Assembly: GCA_049968295.1 (NCBI GenBank)
Contig: JBMFRD010000002.1
Span: 1 to 24,840 of the forward strand
Direction: 5' to 3'
DNA length: 24,840 nt
Source: Minisyncoccia bacterium
Lineage (GTDB): Bacteria; Patescibacteriota; Minisyncoccia; UBA6257; 2-01-FULL-56-20
The notes under the pieces are model-generated. The model made no database searches. It worked only from the letters and a program-made list of their open reading frames with translations, and was not told the DNA's origin. This document shows positions 1 to 7,926 of the stretch, in pieces (position 1 is the stretch's first letter; each line of letters opens with the position of its first letter). Position numbers and translations under genes: made by a program.

Positions 1-27
1 GAATGTTAGAATGTTTTTAATACCAAG

Positions 28-529
28 GTAAGATTGCCGCGCCCTGCTTTGCGGTAGGGCTCGCAATGACAAAGGACTTAACACTAAGGTAAGATTGCCA
101 CGGTCAGACTTCGTCTGACCTCGCAATGACTATCCTTTTTGTCATCGCGAGCCCCAACGAAGTTGGGGCGTGGCGATGTTACAATAGTGTTATTTTATAA
201 AAAATTGTCTTACTATCTTATCTCGACGGCCGTCGAGATAAGATAGTAAACTATTAATAATATTTTTAGATTATAATAAAATGTTTTTTTATAAAATAAT
301 TAACACTAATGTAAGATTACTTTGCCCCGATGTCTCGGGGCCCGCAATGACAGGTGGGATTGTAAGATTGCTTCGTCGTTCGCCCCGATACTTCGGGGCT
401 CACTCCTCGCAATGACGGATGTGGTTGCAAGATTGCCACGCCGCGAAGTTAACCCAAAACCCAACTTGATTGTGGTTTTGGGCTCGCAATGACGGATAAA
501 TATTGTAAGATTGCTTTGCTCCGATACTT
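28..529. repeat. REP/BIME-like mosaic of 7 palindromic units (consensus G(T/C)AAGATTGC-variable hairpin-TCGCAATGAC)
   Basis: Units at 28-70, 89-130, 311-351, 362-416, 427-493 (+), 141-182 (inverted) and a 5' partial at 505-529. Internal stems: GGTCAGAC-ttc-GTCTGACC (102-120), GCCCCAAC-gaa-GTTGGGGC (151-169), GCCCCGA-N4-TCGGGGC (324-341, 382-399). The opposite strand of several units reads CGTCATTGCGAG, resembling CGTC-tagged REPs. Confidence 0.9.
210..249. repeat. Perfect 40-bp palindrome with no loop
   Basis: TTACTATCTTATCTCGACGG|CCGTCGAGATAAGATAGTAA; all 20 pairs checked by hand, centre between 229 and 230. Confidence 0.95.
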
Positions 530-617
530 GAGAGTTTGTAATAATAGATGAGTGATTGTATATTACTTAGACGAGATTACAATGATTTGAGGCTGGAAAT
601 TTAATTAATTTTTTGCT

Positions 618-1199
618 ATGATTAAATTTATGATTATTAATTATTTTGGACAAAATTGTTTTCGCTTGCAATCTGGAGAAAAAAGCATTTTAGTTGATCC
701 AATAAATAATCGCTTAAAAGCTGATATTATTTTGCGGACTATTATACCTTCCAATTTAAGCTTGCCGCTTCCCCCAAATGAAATAGTTTTTGCTGGCGAA
801 TATGATATTTCAGGTATTGAAATTTATGGCTTTCAAGTTGATCAAGAATCAACTGAAAAATTTATTAAGACTATTTTTGAAATTATTTGGGAAGAGATAA
901 AACTTGTTTTTTTAGGCCCAATATCTAATTTGCCAGAAGGAGATTTTTTAGATGATATTTCTGAGCCAGACATTTTATTTATTCCATCCAGCGGCAAACC
1001 ATTAATTAAGCCTGAAGAAGCTGTAAAATTAATTAAAACTTTGGAGCCAAAAATAATTATTCCAACATTTGCTGATTCTGAACCAAAAGAATTTTTTAAA
1101 ATTTTAGGTCAAAAACCCGAGCTCCAAGAAAAATTTGTTTTTAAGAAAAAAGATATTTTAAATAAAACCAAGGAGATTGTGTTTTTAAAAACTTTATAA
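618..1199 (+). CDS. Metallo-beta-lactamase-fold protein (Lactamase_B_3-like), predicted metal-free; start may be ATG 630
   Basis: N-terminal YFGQNCFRLQ...ILVDP, GEYDISGIEI and DILFIP...EAVKLIKTLEPKIIIP segments match the family, but the HxHxDH motif is absent. Confidence 0.7.
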   Translation: MIKFMIINYFGQNCFRLQSGEKSILVDPINNRLKADIILRTIIPSNLSLPLPPNEIVFAGEYDISGIEIYGFQVDQESTEKFIKTIFEIIWEEIKLVFLGPISNLPEGDFLDDISEPDILFIPSSGKPLIKPEEAVKLIKTLEPKIIIPTFADSEPKEFFKILGQKPELQEKFVFKKKDILNKTKEIVFLKTL

Positions 1200-1213
1200 A
1201 TTAAATTAAAAAG

Positions 1214-1519
1214 ATGAATAAAAATAAAACTTTATTAGAGAAAATTCAATCATTAGACCGCAAAACCAAAACCAAAATGCTCGTGGCTTTAAGTTTAATA
1301 GCCATATTTTTTGTGGTTTATATTTGGTTAACTTATTTTAATTTTATGATGTTTGAATTTGCGGCAAATAATAATGTAAATTATGACAAAGAAGAAGGGG
1401 TTTTAGGTTTTGGCGATAAACTGAAAAGCAGTGGAGCTTTTGTTTGGCAAAGTTTAGTCTTTGGAGTAAAAAGTATTGGTAGTATTTTTGGTTCAGGTAA
1501 AGAATATATTGTTAAATAA
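1214..1519 (+). CDS. Hypothetical single-pass membrane protein
   Basis: 101 aa ORF filling the gap between neighbours; basic N-terminus followed by one hydrophobic stretch (MLVALSLIAIFFVVYIWLTYF). Confidence 0.7.
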   Translation: MNKNKTLLEKIQSLDRKTKTKMLVALSLIAIFFVVYIWLTYFNFMMFEFAANNNVNYDKEEGVLGFGDKLKSSGAFVWQSLVFGVKSIGSIFGSGKEYIVK

Positions 1520-1529
1520 TAAATAAAAA

Positions 1530-3947
1530 ATGGCAGAAATTAAAAAAACCGAAATTAAACAAGAATTAGAACAATCATATTTAGACTATGCAATGTCAGT
1601 TATTGTTTCGCGCGCCTTGCCAGATGTGCGTGATGGCTTAAAGCCAGTGCACCGCCGAATTTTATGGGATATGTGGGATTCAGGTTTAACTCATCAGGCT
1701 AAATTTAGAAAATCAGCTAATGTTATTGGTCAGGTTTTAGCTCGTTATCATCCGCATGGCGATGCCGCTGTTTATGAAGCTTTAGTTCGAATGGCTCAAG
1801 ATTTTTCTTTGCGTTATCCTTTAATTGAAGGCCAAGGAAATTTTGGTTCAATTGATGGCGATTCAGCAGCAGCTTACAGGTATACTGAATCGCGGCTTTC
1901 AAAAATTGCTGAAGAAATGATGGTGGATATTGAAAAAGAAACAGTAGATTGGATGCCAAATTATGATGGCACTAGATTTGAACCAAAAGTTTTACCAGCT
2001 AAGCTTCCAAATTTACTTTTAAATGGCGCAATGGGCATTGCAGTTGGCATGGCAACTTCTATTCCGCCACATAATTTAAAAGAAGTAGTTGAGGCTATAA
2101 TTTATTTAATTGAAAATCCAGATGCTGAAATTAGTGATTTAACCAAATTTATTTTAGGACCAGACTTTCCAACTGGTGGAATTATTTTTGATAAAAAAGC
2201 AATTTTAGAAGCTTATAAAACCGGTAAAGGAGCAATTTTGTGTCGGGCAAAAACTGAAATTGAAGAAAGAAAAAATAATCAATTTAATATTGTAGTAACT
2301 GAAATTCCTTATCAAGTTAACAAAGCTGAATTAATTAAAAATATTGCCGAATTAGTTCAAGATAAAAAAATTGAAGGTATTAAAGATTTGCGCGATGAAT
2401 CAGATCGCGATGGCTTGCGTATTGTGATTGAATTAAAATCCGATGCTGTTCCGCAAAAAATTTTAAATCAATTATACAAACACACTGATTTACAAAAGAA
2501 TTTTAATTTAAATATGATTGCTTTGGATGCCGGAATTGAGCCTCAACTTTTTTCTTTAAAAGATGTTTTGTTAGCTTATATTAATCATCGCAAAGAAGTA
2601 GTGCGGCGCCGCACTGAATTTGATTTAAAAAAAGCAAAAGAAAGAGTTCATATTTTAGAAGGATTGCATAAGGCTTTAGCTGTAATTGATAAAATTATTG
2701 CTACGATTAAAAAATCCCGCGATCGGGCTGATGCCCACCAAAATTTAGTTAAAAACTTTAAACTTACTGCTATTCAAGCTGATGCTATTTTAGAAATGAA
2801 GCTTCAAACTTTGGCCGCTTTAGAAAGACAAAAAATTGAAGATGAATTAAAAGAAAAAAGAGAGTTAATTAAAGAATTAGAATTAATTTTAAAAAATCCT
2901 AAAAAAATTTTGGAAATTATTAAAAAAGAATTAATTGAGCTTAAAGAAAAATATGGCGACGAAAGAAAAACGCAAGTTGTTGCTCATCCGGTTGGCGAAT
3001 TTAATGAGGAAGATTTAATTCCAGATGAACAAACTGTTATTGCTTTATCTTATGGCGGTTATATTAAAAGAATTTTGCCAACTATATTCCGCGGTCAAAA
3101 AAGAGGAGGCAAAGGAGTTATGGCTTCAGATGTTTCCGATGAAGACTTTTTAACTCATTTTATTACTGCTAATACCCATAACAATATTTTATTTTTTACT
3201 GATAAAGGAAGAGTTTTTCAAACTAAAGTTTATGAAATTCCAGAAGCCAGCCGCATATCTAAAGGAAAAGCTATTCAAAACTTTTTGGAATTAGGCCAAA
3301 ACGAAAAAGTTTCAGCTTTGGTTACTTATGGAAAAGATTTAGATTTAAACTCTTCTTATTTAATTATGGTCACCAAGCAAGGTTTAATTAAAAAAACAGC
3401 GCTTTCTAATTTTTCTAATATCCGACGCACTGGCATTGCGGCTATTTCTTTAAAAAACGGCGATGAATTAAAATGGGTTGGTTTATCGAGCGGCAAAGAC
3501 GAATTAATTTTAGTAACTGAACAGGGCCAGTCAATTAGATTTCGCGAAACTCAAATTCGGCCAATGTCTCGGCAAGCCAGCGGCATTAAAGCTATTAATT
3601 TACGTAAAAATGATTTTGTGGTTGGTTTTGATATTATTAAAGAAAAGGACGCTAAACTTTTAGTGGTTTTAAGCAATGGTTTTGCCAAGCAAACTCCATT
3701 AAAAGAATACAAACTTCAAAATCGCGGTGGTTCTGGAATTAAAACCGCAAAAATAACTTCAAAAACCGGAAACTTAGTTGCGGCTCATATTATTACTAAT
3801 CAAGAAGAAATTTTAGCCATTTCTCAAAAAGGGCAAATTATAAAAACTAGTCTTAAAGATGTTAGATTAGCTCAAAGGCAAACTCAAGGAGTGCGCATTA
3901 TGCGCCTTAAACCCGGCGACAAATTAGCCGGAATTGTGGTAATATAA
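1530..3947 (+). CDS. gyrA: DNA gyrase subunit A
   Basis: [34 protein letters not shown], catalytic AAAYRYTE, GyrA-box QKRGGKG and C-terminal beta-pinwheel repeats. Confidence 0.98.
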   Translation: MAEIKKTEIKQELEQSYLDYAMSVIVSRALPDVRDGLKPVHRRILWDMWDSGLTHQAKFRKSANVIGQVLARYHPHGDAAVYEALVRMAQDFSLRYPLIEGQGNFGSIDGDSAAAYRYTESRLSKIAEEMMVDIEKETVDWMPNYDGTRFEPKVLPAKLPNLLLNGAMGIAVGMATSIPPHNLKEVVEAIIYLIENPDAEISDLTKFILGPDFPTGGIIFDKKAILEAYKTGKGAILCRAKTEIEERKNNQFNIVVTEIPYQVNKAELIKNIAELVQDKKIEGIKDLRDESDRDGLRIVIELKSDAVPQKILNQLYKHTDLQKNFNLNMIALDAGIEPQLFSLKDVLLAYINHRKEVVRRRTEFDLKKAKERVHILEGLHKALAVIDKIIATIKKSRDRADAHQNLVKNFKLTAIQADAILEMKLQTLAALERQKIEDELKEKRELIKELELILKNPKKILEIIKKELIELKEKYGDERKTQVVAHPVGEFNEEDLIPDEQTVIALSYGGYIKRILPTIFRGQKRGGKGVMASDVSDEDFLTHFITANTHNNILFFTDKGRVFQTKVYEIPEASRISKGKAIQNFLELGQNEKVSALVTYGKDLDLNSSYLIMVTKQGLIKKTALSNFSNIRRTGIAAISLKNGDELKWVGLSSGKDELILVTEQGQSIRFRETQIRPMSRQASGIKAINLRKNDFVVGFDIIKEKDAKLLVVLSNGFAKQTPLKEYKLQNRGGSGIKTAKITSKTGNLVAAHIITNQEEILAISQKGQIIKTSLKDVRLAQRQTQGVRIMRLKPGDKLAGIVVI

Positions 3948-3953
3948 TTACAT

Positions 3954-5231
3954 ATGAATTTTTCAAAAAGACAAATTATTATTTTTGGCGGAATAGCATT
4001 TTTAATTATTATAGTGGTTTTAATATTTGTTTTTGGCCAAAGACCAGCTCCGCCTCCAGAAGTAAAATTAACTATTTGGGGTATTGAACCTAAAACTAAT
4101 TTCGATCCTTTAATTTCAGCTTATAAAGCTTTAAGGCCAAATGTAAAAATTGAATATCAACAACTTGAAGAAAATAATTATCGCCAAAAAGTTTTAGATG
4201 CTTTAGCCAGCGGTTCTGGACCAGATATATTTATGATTCAAAATAAAACCTTATTAAAAGATATTTATAAAATTTATCCAGCTCTTTCAACTCAATTTAA
4301 TTTAGCCCAATTGCGTCAATTTTTCCCACAAGTAGTTGAAGATGATTTTGTTTATAATAACAATATTTATGCTTTGCCGCTTTATATTGATTCTTTGGCT
4401 TTGTTTTATAATAATGATTATTTTAACAAGGCTGGTTTGGTTTATCCACCAGCAACTTGGGATGATTTTGCGCTTTATGCTCAAAAATTAAAAGTTTTAA
4501 ATTTAAATAATGAAATTGTTCAAGCTGGAGCAGCAATGGGTTCAAGTGAAAAAAATATTTTTTATGCCACTGATATTTTAAAGCTTTTATTAAAACAATC
4601 TGGGTATTTTCTTTTTGATGTTGTAAAAGGAGTTGATTTTGGATCAAAATCAAATGGCGAAAAAGTTTTAAATTTTTATTCCAGTTTTGCAAATCCCCAA
4701 ACTTCAAATTATACTTGGCCGCGTAATTTTGAAGATTCAATTAGCGCTTTTTCAAGTAGCAAAGTAGCAATGATTTTTGCTTATCAAAAAGATATTAGTC
4801 AAATTTTAAACAAAAATCCTTATTTAAATTTTAGCATTGCGCCAGTTCCGCAAATTAAAGATTCTAACATTAGCTATGCTTATGCTAATTATTGGGCCTT
4901 AACTGTTTCAGCTCAAAGCAAAAATCCAACTTGGGCTTGGGATTTTATAATTTACAGCGCAACAAATAATAATTCTGTTTCAGCCTATCTTACAGCTTCT
5001 GGGAAACCGCCGGCTTTACGTTCGGAAATATCAAAATATTTATCTGATCCCAATCTTAAAACATTTGCCAGCCAAGCTTTAATTAGTCGTTCTTGGCAAG
5101 AACCAGATATGGATAAAATTCGGGAAATATTTAATAATGTAATTGATGGAGTTTTAAATAATAAATTTAGCGCTTTTGAGGGTATTAAATTAGCTGAAGA
5201 ACAAGCTGGTCAAATTATGAGAAATTATTAA
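3954..5231 (+). CDS. Extracellular solute-binding protein, sugar-binding (MalE/SBP_bac_1-like) type, N-terminally membrane anchored
   Basis: N-terminal TM helix; LASGSGPDIF, YALPLYIDSLALFYN, PPATWDD, FSSSKVAMIF and YWALTVS motifs typical of cluster D/B carbohydrate SBPs. Confidence 0.85.
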   Translation: MNFSKRQIIIFGGIAFLIIIVVLIFVFGQRPAPPPEVKLTIWGIEPKTNFDPLISAYKALRPNVKIEYQQLEENNYRQKVLDALASGSGPDIFMIQNKTLLKDIYKIYPALSTQFNLAQLRQFFPQVVEDDFVYNNNIYALPLYIDSLALFYNNDYFNKAGLVYPPATWDDFALYAQKLKVLNLNNEIVQAGAAMGSSEKNIFYATDILKLLLKQSGYFLFDVVKGVDFGSKSNGEKVLNFYSSFANPQTSNYTWPRNFEDSISAFSSSKVAMIFAYQKDISQILNKNPYLNFSIAPVPQIKDSNISYAYANYWALTVSAQSKNPTWAWDFIIYSATNNNSVSAYLTASGKPPALRSEISKYLSDPNLKTFASQALISRSWQEPDMDKIREIFNNVIDGVLNNKFSAFEGIKLAEEQAGQIMRNY

Positions 5232-5232
5232 A

Positions 5233-5748
5233 ATGAAAAAAATATTATTTATATTTTTAATTTTACAGATATTTAATTTTTTAATGGTTAAATTTGCTTT
5301 AGCTGAAGCAAAATTTCCTTATTGGGGCCCAATAATGAGTTGCAATACTTCATCTACTGATACTTCAGTTGGAGTGACAGATCCTTCAAAAAAAGCTAAT
5401 TTAGGAAGATATGCTGATCCCTGTAGTAGTTTATGCGATTTAATTGCTACTGGCCAAAATGCAATTTATCTTGGTATAACTTTAGCTTTATTTGTTTTAG
5501 CGCCAATTTTTTTTGTAGTTGGTGGGTTTTTGATGATTATTTCGCGCGGCAATCCTCAAAATCTTCAAAAAGGAAAAGATATTTTTAAAAATACAGTTTG
5601 GGGAGTTGTGATTGTGCTTATGGCTTTTGTTATTATAAACACTTTTTTTGTTATTTTAGCGCCAAAACTTGGGAGTAAATCATATAGTTGGTCAAACATT
5701 CAATGCCCGGCTAATTTGCCCGGAAAAGTGGAGTGGGGGAATTTTTAA
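5233..5748 (+). CDS. CPR pilin (TrbC/VirB2-like, T4SS_pilin type)
   Basis: Signal peptide ending ALA-EA; CSSLCDL, then two hydrophobic helices separated by SRGNPQNLQKGKD; Cys near the C-terminus. Confidence 0.8.
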   Translation: MKKILFIFLILQIFNFLMVKFALAEAKFPYWGPIMSCNTSSTDTSVGVTDPSKKANLGRYADPCSSLCDLIATGQNAIYLGITLALFVLAPIFFVVGGFLMIISRGNPQNLQKGKDIFKNTVWGVVIVLMAFVIINTFFVILAPKLGSKSYSWSNIQCPANLPGKVEWGNF

Positions 5749-5809
5749 AATTAATAAACATAAAAAATTTTTTATTATTTTTCTAATATTTTAAAATTAA
5801 AATAAATTA

Positions 5810-7339
5810 ATGAATAAAAAAACCGTAGTTTTAGTAATTTTAGACGGATTAGGCATTGGTCTAGAAAGAGAAACTAATCCTTTTTATGCTGCTCGGCCTC
5901 AAAATTTAATTGAATTAGGGAAAAATTATCCTTTAACTAGTTTGTCTGCTTCTGGAATTGCGGTAGGATTGCCTTGGGGCGAAGAGGGAAATTGCGAAAC
6001 CGGACATTTAATTTTAGGCGCTGGAAAAATTTTTTATCAAAATTATCCTTTAATTACTATGGCAATTAAAGATGGTTCTTTTTTTAAAAATGAAAAATTA
6101 AATCAGGCCTTTGATTTTGTAAAACAAAATAATTCTAAAATAAATTTTGTTGGGCTTTTAAGCAGCGGCATTTCAGAATCAGCTTTAGAGCATATCGAGG
6201 CTTTAGTAAAATTAGCTGAAGAAAAAAATGTTAATTATGTATTTCATTTTTTTGCTGATGGCGAAGATAGTCCGCCGCGGTCTTTTTTAAATCTTTTAAA
6301 AAATTTTTCTAAAGATAAATTAGGTTCAGTTATTGGCCGTTATTATGCTTTAGACCATAAAAATAATTTAAATTTAGTTAAAAGAGCTTATGATTGTTTG
6401 GTTGGGCAGATTCAAGAAAATCCTAATTTTGAAGCAGTAATTGAAAATGCTTATAGCAGGGGGACAAATGATAATTTGCTTCCTCCAATTTTAATTGATA
6501 AAAATAAAGCTATTAATGACAATGATGCAGTTTTGTTTTTTAATTTTCGGGAAGATAATATGCGAGCTTTAGTTGAAGTCTTTGCTGATCCAAATTATCA
6601 AAAATTTGAATCTAAAAGAATTAATAATCTTTTTGTAATTACAATGGTTCAATATTCTAATCGATTTAACTTGCCAGTTGTTTTTGAGCCGCAAGTAATA
6701 AATAAGCCTCTTTCTTTGGTTTTATCAGAAAATAATAAAATGCAATTTAAAATTTCAGAAAGTTCAAAATATCCTTTAATTACCTTGTTTTTTAATGGTT
6801 TTCATGAAGCGCCTTATGAAAATGAATTTCGAGTTTCTATTCCTTCAAATTTTGAAATTAGTCCAGTTGATCATCCGGAGCTTATGGCTGGGCAAATCAC
6901 AGACAGAGCCATTGAAGCAATTAATGATCAATCTTTTGATTTTATTTTAATTAATTATGCTAATTTAGATATTGTGGGTCATACTGGTAATTTCGACGCC
7001 GCCATAAAAGCAGTTCAGTTTATAGATAACGAAATTGGAAGATTGGTTCGAGTTGGTTTAAATAATGACGTTATTTTTTTAATAACTTCTGATCATGGCA
7101 AAATTGAACAACTGATAAATTTAGAAACTGGCGAGCCGGATGTAGAACATACTAAAAATCCAGTGCCGCTTTATTTAATTGGAAAAAAATTTATTAGGCA
7201 TAAATTTCCAAATTGGAATAATATTGCTAATGAAACCTTAGGTCTTTTAGCTGATGTGAGTCCCACGATTTTAGATTTGTTAGATATTGAAAAACCTGAA
7301 GAAATGACTGGTCGAAGCTTGCTTAATGATTTATTTTAA
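5810..7339 (+). CDS. gpmI: 2,3-bisphosphoglycerate-independent phosphoglycerate mutase homolog with a deviant active site (Ser62->Cys)
   Basis: VVLVILDG, GLPWGEEGNCETGH, GRYYALD, FNFREDN, NYANLDIVGHTG, TSDHG, HTKNPVP. The fold is clear; mutase activity is uncertain. Confidence 0.85.
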   Translation: MNKKTVVLVILDGLGIGLERETNPFYAARPQNLIELGKNYPLTSLSASGIAVGLPWGEEGNCETGHLILGAGKIFYQNYPLITMAIKDGSFFKNEKLNQAFDFVKQNNSKINFVGLLSSGISESALEHIEALVKLAEEKNVNYVFHFFADGEDSPPRSFLNLLKNFSKDKLGSVIGRYYALDHKNNLNLVKRAYDCLVGQIQENPNFEAVIENAYSRGTNDNLLPPILIDKNKAINDNDAVLFFNFREDNMRALVEVFADPNYQKFESKRINNLFVITMVQYSNRFNLPVVFEPQVINKPLSLVLSENNKMQFKISESSKYPLITLFFNGFHEAPYENEFRVSIPSNFEISPVDHPELMAGQITDRAIEAINDQSFDFILINYANLDIVGHTGNFDAAIKAVQFIDNEIGRLVRVGLNNDVIFLITSDHGKIEQLINLETGEPDVEHTKNPVPLYLIGKKFIRHKFPNWNNIANETLGLLADVSPTILDLLDIEKPEEMTGRSLLNDLF

Positions 7340-7355
7340 TTTATAAAATAAATTT

Positions 7356-7715
7356 ATGTGGTTTTTAAAATTTATTTTAGCAATAATTATTAATTTTTTT
7401 GGATTAATTTTTGCTAATCAATATATTTCTGGATTTGTGATTAGTAATAAATTTGAAGACATTTTATTTTTAAGTTTAGTTTTAACTATATTAAATTTTT
7501 TAATCAGACCGATTTTAAAATTAATTTTATCGCCAATAATTTTTTTAACTTTTGGATTAGGAATTTTAGTTGTCAATGGCTTAATTCTTTATTGGCTTGA
7601 CATTTTTTCCAAAAGTCTTAACATACAAAATATCAGCGCTTTAATTTATGGTACTTTAATTTTTAGCATTTTAAATTTTATATATCATCGCGTTACCAAA
7701 AAAAATGACAATTAG
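7356..7715 (+). CDS. Phage holin family 4-like (YvlD-type) membrane protein
   Basis: Four TM helices; LNFLIRPILKLILSPIIFLTFGLGILVVNGLIL signature. Confidence 0.8.
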   Translation: MWFLKFILAIIINFFGLIFANQYISGFVISNKFEDILFLSLVLTILNFLIRPILKLILSPIIFLTFGLGILVVNGLILYWLDIFSKSLNIQNISALIYGTLIFSILNFIYHRVTKKNDN

Positions 7716-7920
7716 AATTATACAATCAATTATTGGGGTTTTAATTATTATTTTAATTTTATTACAAGAACGTTCTACTGGACTTTCGGCTATTTTTGGC
7801 GGAGAAGGTGGTTTTTATCAAACCAGACGCGGAATTGAAAAAATTATTTTTATAGGAACAATTGTTTTATTAATTGTTTTTGTGAGCTTGGGATTATATT
7901 CTATTTTTGCTTTAAAATAA
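7705..7920 (+). CDS. secG: Preprotein translocase subunit SecG
   Basis: Two TMs flanking LILLQERSTGLSAIFGG...TRRGIEK. Confidence 0.9.
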   Translation: MTIRIIQSIIGVLIIILILLQERSTGLSAIFGGEGGFYQTRRGIEKIIFIGTIVLLIVFVSLGLYSIFALK

Positions 7921-7926
7921 TTTTGA

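Noticed and set aside
28-529. CRISPR array
   Set aside because: Units vary in length, occur in both orientations, have palindromic interiors instead of unique spacers, and no cas genes are present.
1723-1959. Minus-strand 78-aa ORF
   Set aside because: Shadow of gyrA, with no recognisable motif.
4302-4740. Two minus-strand ORFs (60 and 105 aa)
   Set aside because: Antisense shadows of the SBP gene.
5987-6010. Formylglycine-dependent sulfatase assignment for the Cys62 protein
   Set aside because: The context is CETGH, not the CxPxR motif recognised by FGE; left open only as an assay suggestion.
7356-7715. Prophage inferred from the holin-like gene
   Set aside because: This family is commonly chromosomal; no endolysin, structural or integrase genes are nearby.
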